DNA of 63,747 nucleotides, counting the filler, from Choristocarpus tenellus KU-1152 (lineage: Eukaryota; Protista; Phaeophyceae), in NCBI GenBank assembly GCA_964200185.2. It is 7 parts of 7 records of this genome, joined end to end, with 100 filler letters (N's around TTAATTAATTAA, not from the genome) between each part and the next. Parts side by side here need not be neighbours in the genome. Positions count along the whole stretch, not along the records: positions 1 to 27,169 come from CAXNAD020000149.1; 6 more parts are not named here. One strand, written 5' to 3'. The notes under the pieces were generated by a model. The model was not told the DNA's origin, ran no database searches, and saw nothing but the letters and a program-made list of their open reading frames with translations. A program made the translations under genes and the position numbers. Positions 1 to 11,700 of the stretch are shown here, one piece after another. Numbering within the stretch: the stretch's first letter is position 1; each line of letters begins with the position of its first letter.

Positions 1-149
1 AGCTTGTCCACGGGAGGTGTGTATAGAGGGGAAAGGTCTATGGGTGGGCATCACCAGCCCATCATTGAAGTATCATGTAGATGTCCCCATTTTAGCCTAT
101 ACAAGCAGAAGGTCTAGGAAGCAGAACAATTGCTGAACCTGCCTGTCAC

Positions 150-3100
150 TCAAGTTAATTTTAGGAAGCCTTGAAGATGGGCATCTTGCGGATTTTGTCG
201 CAATAAGCTGTGTTACATCAAAGGTGTGAGTGCTGGTAGAAGCATAAACACTAGGTGGTGGTTTCATATGTGTTGTGATGTGTTTGTGTAACAAGTAATA
301 GTGTCAGTTTCGTGCGGTTGGTATGATGGGTCAGATAGGGCATTGTCATATGACTCAGTCCACCAAATGAGCGGCTGTAATGGTCAATGCCATCTAAGAT
401 TCCAAGTCCCATAATTCTATATTGTCAGTGTCTGTTGCTCACATTCCCTATTGTCAGGTGTAGGCTGCCCTATTTTGTTTGAGACTTTGTTGGTCAATCT
501 TTTCAGTGTCTGCACAAGACACCCATAAAATATGACGACACATCTTGCTTGCAACATTAGGAATCGCTGCTCGGTCAAAACCATAGCTCTATGAGCCATA
601 TAAACACATACAGCTTCTACTTATACTAGTTTTATACATGACCGCACCAGAGACTGTCCCTTCATGAGTATGGTATTTCATGGTGTCACAATCATTGAAA
701 GAGGACAGGATTTTACCTAGCCAAACACTGTTATCTAACCTTTATTATTTGTTTGGGTACTTTTTGAGTCTTCCCATTTCATCTTCCTATATTAGTAGTT
801 GCTTTGGGGAATTTTTCCCTCCTAGATATGTTTGTTCACTTGGTCAATTCAGCAAAATTCAAATATTGCTGCAATGAGAAGTTCCTGTTCTTGCAGACCC
901 CACAGGTGTTAGACAATTCCAGTAATCCTCTCTACCATTATGTTTTTGTATTCATACATGCAAAGTTCGACATCAATGGAAAAATCTGTATTGTGCGGAT
1001 CCAGAGAACTAATGAAATTTGAGATTGTTGTGAAGGTAAGAGGATGGATCTCGATGAACTCCTTGACCCCATGGTCCTCAGCACTCCATCACAACTGGTT
1101 GACTTGGTTTAGTGAAGGAATTATTTCCACATCCTTGACCATTGACAACAATGTTGTGGGGAACAATAGCCCCATCCTTTCAGGTGCAGAAAATTTTAGT
1201 GGTTGTTTGTTACCCTTGCATCATTTTCTGGACTAGGGACCAAGCATTTGCACCAATGAGCAGGCTAAAGAAGGAAACCTGATGGCACAGGAAGGAGAGT
1301 TTCTCTATAACTCTTTGAGCTTGTTGAGTCTGACATATCACCTGCGAAGATTTTCCTCCCTTTCCAGCCTGCTGACCCCATGTCCATTGGCATGAAGTAC
1401 AATCATTGTTACAAGTTGCTCAGCAAACCTTTTCAAACTGTACAGCAAAGGCAAAATGGTACGCAACAACTCAAAAACTGGAGTGGGGGTGCTGGCAGGA
1501 ATTAAACATCTTGATGAGAGAGGCAAGCTAAGACCCTAGCAGGATCAGTCCATACTTTTGTCTGCCATGTGTGAAGCAGAGCAAACAACTACAAATGGAG
1601 GATAAAATATTGCTGCAGCACCCAAGGATAAGATATCTGACTTCAGTCAGTGCCTGTTGCCAGGGTCAGGAGATGGATCAATATCATACCTTACTGATTT
1701 TTGGTAACCCCAGGGATTAATTGTGAAGAACGAGAGTGGACACACAAACCAGAGGGGTGATAGTGAGGGAGGTAAGGACACTGGCAGGAGACGACCAAGA
1801 ACTACTTGTAATTAGAATTGCCCGTGAGTTGGTGCCAGATCAAGAACTACCTGTAACTCAGATCATTGTGATAGGGTCATATGGCTCTCACACAAGTCAT
1901 TCCCTCAGTTTTAACCCATATGTCAGGGAGAGGTGGAAAACTTAATACCTATCCACATAGCAGTCCTACATTTGTTTTTAGGCAGCAACAACACCCTAGG
2001 CCATTAGTTGGTGCTTGCTGGTGTAATTCCAAGGAAACCACATCATCATCACTTGGCCATGGCTATCAACCCGACCACTGTGCAACATCCAGGTACTGAT
2101 TACAACGGCATTTTTACCCAGTAAATTTTGGTAATCCACATGTGACACCAGGAAGATCACAATGATATTTCGGTGTGCAGGGAATTGCTGAATAGTGTGG
2201 AAAAACACTTAGGGGTGGTGGTCAAACAGGGTGCTACGCAGCATTACATGGCATATCTCTCCCACAGAACGCTTTACGAGATGAATCAGCTGAAACTTTT
2301 GCCCAAACCCAAAATATCCATGTACTGCATACATATTAAATAGCACTTATCAACCCCAAATTGGACATTTCAGTGCTGGCACGCATTCAAATTTTATGCA
2401 GTGAAGTGGGACCCACGAAAGTGAAGTGGGACCCACTTCTCTATGAGGTAACATTGCAATGAGATCTGATCTTGATGATTCCTCTCTTTGCCTCAGTCTG
2501 CCTTGAATCTAACATAGCAATATTTTTATGCTGTTGTTAATACCTGTAGACTGATGGGTTTCAGACTCCAATCTATTTGCCATCATACCAGTTTTCAAGA
2601 GCGAGAGGGGTACAGATACAAGGGCAATTCCATTGCCCAGCATGTTACTCAAATGTGCTGGCTAATATAGGCAAGGGATCTGATATAATGCTATGAATTT
2701 CAAACAGAATGTTGCAGATATGATTAGATGGCATGAAGATATTAAGTATAATCAGAGTTATTGGTCATCCAGAACCAGAATAATCTCCACGGGTCCTGAG
2801 TTTAGCCAGATACCTGCACCTCTACACTTTGCTCATAGCACTGTGGAATGAGTGTACATCAACTACACCTTCCCTGTTCAAGTGATTCATGTTAGAATGG
2901 ATGGTGGCCAATGAGGTGGTTGAATAAAGTATATAACTATTGCACCAGTAGGTTCCATATCTTTGAGAGAATTGTACTTCTGACCATCGAGTTCAGAAAA
3001 ACTGAGGTCTACTGGAAAAAAAATGATCCACTGACCATGACAACGGAGTTCTAAACTTAAGCTCAATGATTTGACTTGAGGATGAAAACTGGCATGAACT

Positions 3101-4400
3101 AGAGATCTTAGGACGATGAACAGCATGTGGCAAAAATCAGGACAACTTAGTTGTGTGCAACCTTGGAGAGAGACTGTGAAGTACTCCAGAGTAGCAGATA
3201 CACTGTTAATATGTCAGACATTTATCCAAAATGCATCATTTCAACACTCTTGGCTTGGTTCGAAATAAATTGACAAGGTGTTCAAGATCAGAGTAACCAG
3301 ACTTTCTCCCACAACCTCCACGTATTTGAATTCAATTTTTAACACTTCAGATGAGTTGGTGAATCTTTGAGTTTCATTTTCATACTTCAGGCCTTCAATG
3401 GTGATGCACTCCAAATTCAGTGTATTTTGTGCAATGGCACTACTGCCCATATCCATTGCAGTATGGATACATAAGATCCCAAACTTTTCCAGTTGCACCC
3501 AATATCCCAATATTGGTGTTGATTGCTAGGATCTCAAGATATAGCCAGCACCTTTCTGCTGATCTGCCCATCATGTGAGCATGTCTTTCACCATCCCATC
3601 CCTTCCTGGTCTTGATCCCTTCCTTCCTGGTTTATCCCATAGGAAACGCTGCGCTATATTCCCTGAAATTCATACACTGATATCTCAATCTTAATCAAAG
3701 CTCTTGCTTTTGGGGATGGCAAAAGCCCAACTAAATTGGTGACAGCAGATTAAAAATATGATATTATTCGAGAAAATGTTCAAGTTTGTAAAAGCAATTG
3801 GTGCAAGCAATCATTAATGTCATACCAGAAAAGTTATGAGTCATTAGATGTGTTACTAACGCTATTTTTTTTTCATTATTTTTTGTCGTTATTATTATAT
3901 GACTATTATTCTACTCACAAGTTTAAAGTTTTGGTCTAGCCTAACATTTGGTACAGTTTCACTTTAAATTAATGGCCCGAACTTCGTGATAGGAAACCAC
4001 TGAGATTGAATCAGTCTCAGAGTAGACAACGAAAGATGAAAGTACCTCACCAAATGAGAAGGGGATGGTGTTGACCTCCATGGTCCCAAAGAGCAGCCAC
4101 CATAAAGCGAAAAATCGTACCTCTGTCAGTAATTCTACCAATGAAAATCATGATCCCTTGTGAATTGGGACAAGAGCTGATGGACCAACAAGCTGAAGAA
4201 GAAAGGATCAGGTTTTATCTCATCACCTGGCATAAGTATGGTTTGAACATCCATCACCATACAGAGGTGATCACTTCGATGTCCATATTTCAACATCGTT
4301 GAGAAGATCCTTCCATCTTGGTCAAGGTGTGGGTCATGAAAGTGCTGTTTGTAGATATTGCTGCTGATACGCATAGACACCACTGGTGGATAATGTATTA
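150..4400 (-). mobile_element. Heavily decayed Ty1/Copia-like LTR retrotransposon remnant
   Basis: Minus-strand translations, broken by stops and frameshifts, give motif ghosts in Copia order: integrase-like (VVDVHS; IISDP..GNGIALICTP, ~2550-2900), RT-like (CKCLV, KDVE, HGVKE, ELLIAA, ~850-1260), RNase H-like (SLKQNRAA..HYYLLHKHITT..VYASTSTHTFDVT, ~200-500). No LTRs identified; boundaries approximate. Confidence 0.5.
2401..2436. repeat. Exact 16-bp direct duplication GTGAAGTGGGACCCAC (20-bp period)
   Basis: Read directly at 2401-2416 and 2421-2436. Confidence 0.9.
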
Positions 4401-5700
4401 TGATTTAGATCCTGTGACAGATGCATTGTATGTACTGATTCATATTGTTGATTGATTTTTGTATCATGTTCAAGATACACTTTCAATACTTAAGACAAGT
4501 AAATAAGTGATTCATAGTAAATTAGTGTGGACGATTACAAACCCCACACTATAAAAATAATAATGTAGTCTAGGCTAGTTTCACCCAAGAACTCAGTCAG
4601 AGGAATTGAGACCGTAAGGCCCCTTGTAATATTAACTTTGCATGTCTACATAAAGCTATTCATTGTCTTTCATCAAAACACCAAAGCCGCGGGCGGGTCC
4701 AGTGTGGAATTTTTCAACAAATGTAGCATTTAAAAACAGGACTAGAAATGTTTGTAGGTTTACGTTTGATTATTTGGTTCGCATGTAGATACGAGAGATG
4801 AAAAAAAGAGGAAATAGGCAAAGTGAGGATCACGGGAGTCGTTGCGTCACAGGCACAAAACTCGCCAACCATAATCACCAAGGTGTCATTCGCATGACTC
4901 GAAACCTGAAACCTGCGTCAGCAAGAGTACCACCAAATATCTCTGAGCTCGGATAGCATATAAAAAACTTTGGGGCATCTAAAAGGTGAAAATATTTTTG
5001 GGAAAAAAGCCCTTCTTCTCCGAAACTTGCAATACATTCCAGCCGTACCAATAGTCAATTTAAGCGTTTGTCAGGGCGTGGTCGGCAATACGGAGAGAAG
5101 GTCTACGAGAAGAAATTGTTTAATTCACTCTTCACATTAGTGGGTGAAAGCTGATTGGCTTGGCTGGCAGGTCCAGCTTGCTCCTATCTCCTGATCTTGA
5201 TTTTTTCAGTATTTCATACTGATGATGTTGGGGTTTGCTTACCTCACACATCTCTGTTGGCGCGTAGGTCAACTCTCTCTCCCTTCTCCCTAGAACTGGA
5301 AAGTGCCGAAGCTAACTCGGCGTAGAAAAATTCTCCAAGCCAGGCGTTCAACGGTGTATGGTCTACTCGTTCTCACGGGGACAGACCCTCGTGGGCGTAG
5401 CGACCATTGACAGGATACTCTTATGGTGGTACATACAGTGATGGACAAATGGATTTTTCGAAGGGTCACAATCACAAGTCGGCATCAGCACACTGCAGAT
5501 ACTTGAAAACCACAGTCAATCTACGCTGAGTATACGCCTTCGGTAGGTACCTACACGAAGGATTATCCTAACACTTGTATTGCCCGTTTGTGATTTTTGA
5601 TTTGAAACGCCAAGATCCAAATTACTCTCAATATAGTGATATTTTTAGAACAGACGTACCGACCCAGGAAAAGAGAGGAAATCGAAGGAAACAAGGTTGA

Positions 5701-8700
5701 ATGGAGCTCGATAACAGTCAAACAAGTCTGACGTACCGTTTGAGGAAAAAACAGAGGCAAACTGCAATCGGGCCTGCGGCAGGGTCACGCCCCCGCGTTG
5801 GTGGGAGATATGATACCTCGATAGATGTTGCCCAAATAGTCCCAGAACGCCCTATACCAAAGTGGATTCATGGCAAAGGGAAAAAAAAATCTCAACTGAA
5901 AGATGATGGCAGGGTTGCGATGGTGAGCAATGTCAATAGTGATCGGACGGTAACTGTAAAGTGGGGGCTCGGAAATGTCCTCAAACTGGATCACAAGAAC
6001 ATGCGCAAGGACTGGAAGCCAGCTTCGTCGTTGGCCACAGAAGCCGTATACGCGGCTCGGATTCAGGAGAACAGGAGACCCGAGGGCGTCCGCGGTTTCT
6101 CTGGAGACAGCGGTCCATTTCAAATTCACATGGATAGTCCTGTGACTAACTTTGCAAGCACTACTAGTAGTGATCGAAATTGCAAAAGGTTTGGGGTGTC
6201 CCCTGCTAATGGTCACCAGGATGCGATAGTGGAGACAGACTCGGACAGCTCGAAGGATTTCAACAAGCAGGATATTGCATCCCGTCTACCTGATGACAGC
6301 GGATACCTATGTCTCGACCAGTCCAAGCTTCCACTCGAGGTGCTTATGTTTGTCTTTAAGGAATTCATTGATCCCATGATGGTCGCGTGAAACCACATGT
6401 AACGATATTTTACCTCGTCCTACAGATCTTTGATGGAGGAGAGGATACAGATGGAGCAAAAACTTCACAGGCTCTCCTCGCTTCTGGCAGTGCAGCAATG
6501 GCACCTTACTTTTCAAAGCAGGAATGGCAGTGGAGGCCATGTGCCGTTCTCTCGTTTAACAATAATACACAAACGTACCTTGTGTCTTTTCTACCAAAAG
6601 GTCCAGAGAAGGAAGTTAAGCGCTTTAACTTGCTGTTTGATGCAGAAAGTCGGGAGAAGTGGGAAGATCGACGAAAAGCTGCTGAAGCCTCCCGAGAATC
6701 TGCAAAGCAGCGCCTGCGTTTTGACTACTTCGTTTCTCAACAGCCTATGCAAGAAGTGCGAGCTATTCAGGGTTCTACACTGCGAGACATTCATGCCAAG
6801 GTTGCCGATGGTCTGCCGTTGGATGTTGCATTCCCAGAACAAGGTACCCACCTGGGGTTTCTTCTACGCGACCTCACCAAGGAAGTTATCCAGCAACATG
6901 CCCGCTCTATGAAGAAGGCCATATTGATGCACAAGCTTGAACGTTCCGAGCCTATCCGCGAGCGCTATGAGCATCTTGGTCTTCCACCAGTGCCCCAATG
7001 TGCGGCAGTGCCTTGGGTTGGAAAGGAGGACATTCCTACTCACCCTTACAAGGAAAGGCGTAAAGCAATCAGCAACATTCACTACAGCTGTATGCCTGAG
7101 GTGGGCTTGGCAAATTGTTGCTATATTTCACAATACTTCTTGTGCTTCAACTGATACTCTGCGTGATATCTTTATGGCACAATTGACGTATGTTGTGCTA
7201 GGATTCAATGTACCTGTTGAGTGGTATGACAACAAGAGATGACCCTTGGTGCTCTCCAATGCAGGTGCTGGGGGTTTTCCTTTGGCTACATGCAGTGTGG
7301 GAGGGTAGCTTCTCAGGGCAGAGGTTTATGGATACTGAGCTAGAGCACCTGACTATGCCATGCGAGATCAGCAAATTTTGCGAGGTTCAGGTCTGCCAAA
7401 ACACAAACATTTCATGTGATGGGCAGTGCTTCTGTACAATTTTTTCTATCGTGGACAGTCTCACCAATGATACCTACCACCTTTGTGTGTTGTTTGAAGA
7501 TGGCTGTACTTTCTCATAATTGTCACTGCTTGTTGCCACATATGCTAACAATTTGTGATAAAGGTTGGACATCCCCTCATCCCCTTCAAGTTCTTCTCTG
7601 CTTTGGAGAGACATTAGTTTTGTCCTGAAATCTCCTCAAAAATGTACCACAGTATTGAATGTTGAGTTATATCAACCATGACTGTATTGTAATCATGCTT
7701 TTGTTTGATTACAATCTTGTTCCTTTTCCTGGAATGGCAGGAAGTCATATCTGTATATGTTTCCTTATAATTTGAAGTAGTGCTATGGAGATACTGAAAA
7801 TCCTTAATTCTGTTCATTGTTTGGATGGAGAGTTACCAAAATAGTGTTTTTTTTGTTTTGGTATCACGATTTCCCACAAATTAAAATCTATTTCCCATGT
7901 AAAAAGTTGGTTGAGTACATCTTATGAATCCCATTTCAGGGTTGATCTGGCAATATTGGCAGAAGAGTGTGCCATCTGCAGCAGATGCAGGAGGTAAGGA
8001 ACTAGTAGCGATGTCCATATTGTTGCTACTGGGCTGCTAAGTGTGGTCATGGCAGAGTGAAAGGGTATTGCTATAAGGCGGATTCTTCTTCGAATTTTCT
8101 GCACCATTATACCACCCATACTGCAGTTTTGGAGCCTTCTTTTTTTTGCAGTTTTTCAGGTTCAACATGATCATTTGTATTGTAAATCAAAGGAATTGAT
8201 ACGTAAGTCATTTCCCTTCAACGTATCTGTACTTCTTATGCTGGTACATACTTCTTCACGGCACACTTTTGCCTCAATACTTGTGCTCTTTGCTCCATGT
8301 GCTTCATGCACATTTTGATCCATATTGAGGATTTTTTATTTTGTACCAATCTAACTTCTGGTCACAACGGGTCTCAATTCATAGTCTCTACTTTCAATTC
8401 TACCTTCTAATCTATTTTAGTCTTGCAGTGACTGAAAACCCTAACATTTCTACGCTGATTATAATGGAATTTCAGTCATAATTTCCAGGTCCATAAACAA
8501 TTTTTTTAGTACGAGAATAGGCCACTTTCAGAACAGACTAGCACAAGGCACAAGGATATTGATTCTGTGCTACTATATATATTTGTTTATTTTTAATCCC
8601 TTTGTGTCCAAAACCTTGCTCTGTCAGAAGCCTATATACTCTGTACACGTAAGGGTCTACATCAGACTGGTCATTTGTGAAAGGTTTGGTCAGATTGTAG

Positions 8701-11700
8701 TCGGGTTGCAAATATTTGTGAAAGGTGAAAGGTTTGATCTGGGCTGTGACCTGATTTCGTGTATTTTAAAAATATATGGGAACGGTATCACTCATGTGTT
8801 TGAAATGTCCAGGCTGGATCACAAACGACGAAAATCTTGGATGGGTCCACTCCAATGGACTGGACCTATTGGTAGGGCAGGTCCAGACATGCATTGATTG
8901 GGGCAATGCAAGTGCTTTCTGTTCTGCTGAAACTATCTATCACTGACTACTGCGAGTGATACACACTTGAGGTCCACTAATACATGCATTTATACTGTGC
9001 ATGATATTAAAGTTACAGTTCTTGTTCTATCTATTCTGTTGAAATACATTATTTTTTCACCCTGCAGTGTGATCCACTGTGTATTGATTGTAGTCAGTAG
9101 TCAGGACTGAGTGAGAGAGGGATTGATTGGCACGGTGTGCCTTGACTGGGTCAACCCAACGTCCAATGTTTCTCAAAGGTTAGATCCGTTCCCAGTTTGC
9201 AGAGGCTTGTGAAAGGTTGAGTCTTGAACACAGCCCTGTTTGACATGGTCCTGAGAGGTCTGGTTGCAGCCAGCTGAAGTATGTGAAAGGTCTGCTCTGG
9301 ACCACAACTTGACTTCACTTAGTTGTTGTAGGTCCGGTCCCAGTCTGCAGAGGTTTGTGAGAGATATAGTCTTGACAGATGCCCGAATTAGTATATTTCT
9401 GAAAGGTCCAGTCCTGGACCATCATCTACGGTCTAGTCTTGATCGGCTTGGTGTAAGGGCTAAGTTCTTGCCAATATAGTTCATATCTCATATATCATCA
9501 AACTCCTTTTCAGTTTCTCTCTGCCAAAGTTTTTTTAAGATCGATTATTGGGTTTAGGCTCAAAGTATCTGGGGGGGTGGCAGCTGTCCATTCGGGGTCC
9601 ATTTTTTCATGTCGCAATTTTTGGGTGATTCAGTTGCATGCATCAGATGGATAATGTAAGTTCACTTCTCCTGGTCATGACCTAAATGGATACCCTGTTG
9701 TAGACTCTCCCTCCGCCCCCAGATACTTTGAGCCTTAAGTATATATGTCAAACATCACATCAATTCTATTGTGTGCTCAACGTTGCTGTTACCGGATGAA
9801 CACAGTCCAAGTGCAGGTCACGGTTAGGAGAGCGCCTGCTTCAAGACTGGAGACGGGCATTTTCTGAGCAGCTGGTGGACTCTGTTCAGGACATTTTTGA
9901 TTTCTTTCAGAGTGATGAACACATTTTCAAAGCATCTGCTCTGTTCCGTTTACTTAAGCACCTTGAGCTGAGGATGAGTTTTCAATTACGTCATATCTTC
10001 AAGGTATGTGATGTTTCTTGGTACATTTCTTCTTTTAGTGACCCCACATATATCTCTTGCCTTGCTCACAATGATAAAAGAACTTGATTATAGTGGTCTC
10101 CATTTTGCATGTTTCTGGGGTCATACAAACATGCATTTTTACATTTCCTACACTTTCAGAAAAATAGTTGGCAACACTGCTTTGTGAAGTAGCCCACATT
10201 TATCTATCTCACAATCAATCCTTACAGGAAATACCCATACCGCAAATTTGTTTGGTCCCCTCTAAGGGTTCTTTGACTGCATGGAAAGAGTTTGTCACAG
10301 AACACACACCTGATGCTGAAGAAGCAAACTTCGAGGTTACTGGGTGTATCCCCTTGTTTGATGTTAGTTTACAAGTCATGAAGAAAACTGGGGATATACA
10401 CATGATACATGTTCACCCAGGACTTTTGGAAGTTCAAGGGGCCTGCATGCAGCTTGTTGATGATATGGTGGATTCTCTGAAGGTGATACGGATCTGATGC
10501 AGTTCACACTAAGTGAAAATAGCCATACATATATTTTTCTTTGGGCTTGACCTGTGTGTGCCTCAACAGTGTTTAATTCCATAAATCTTCTTTTAATTTG
10601 CAATGATTTACTTCAAGAAACCAACACGGTTTGATACCGTTTTCTACTCTATTACACTAAGGGTTTTGTACATTTGTTGCTATCTATCATATTGAATACA
10701 CTTCACTTGATATATCATTTCAAGAATATCAAATCATCGAAAGAATGAAATGCAATGGTGTGATGTGATGGGAAGGAAAATGTACCCTTCACACCAGAGA
10801 AGGGAAGCATCTGTTTGTGAGAAGGAGAGAGAGAGAGAGAGAGAGATCATGCCTTCAAGAGACCATTGTAGGCCTGCATATGCCCCTCCTGTCCAAACTT
10901 CCTCTGCATATTTTCATTCTGAAAGACATTGAAACAGCTCATTAGCCTGCATGCATGGCTAGAAAGATCTTCCGTGAAAATGTACCTGACTAAGCCCTGT
11001 TCCTGTCTTGCATGTGCACACTACATTGGGGCATGTGATGGTAATGGATGTGGTGGTAATGGAAGAGTTACACAACAATCGATACCGATTTGATGTCACT
11101 GCTCCATCTCAATTGTCGTCCAATCTTCAATTTTGGGAAGGGTGATGCCATGTACATTGATGTGGAAGCAGAACTTGATGATGCCAGGGTCTACATCATG
11201 TAAGCCACTACTCATTGGAGTACTATTGATAGCATCAATTCATTTTCCTATCCAGCAGGTTCACATCCACCTGATCCACACTTGATGGCCCACCATCATG
11301 TCTTTTGATCATCAGGGAACGATTGACGAGGGCAATGAAAGGTCCCCAGAACCTTGCTGATATGTATGGCCGATTCTGCCACCTCCTGGATATTGACACT
11401 GAAGAGTACATTGATTTTTTTAATGAGATGGTACCCACTCCATCAAGTGACGACTACTTTGCCAAGGTTCGCGAGTTCCATGAAGCATCTGTTGCCATAT
11501 CCTCCTGCTCCATGAACCATGAGCTATTCAAGCTGGTTCGTGTGAATACCATCGAGGTGACACAGGTGTGTCAAAATGGGAAGTGGAAAGTCTGTCGTTG
11601 TGTGCTAATACACAAGTTTGCTGTTGCAAAGTCACAGTTAAATAATTCCATCCATGTTTTGGTGATGGACAGACCGTTCTACAAAAGTGCATATTCACAA

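Noticed and set aside
5294-5543. Possible upstream coding exon of the dynein gene (acceptor at 5293, donor near 5543)
   Set aside because: All three frames contain stops; at most a 5' UTR or partly coding exon, which cannot be supported without RNA data.
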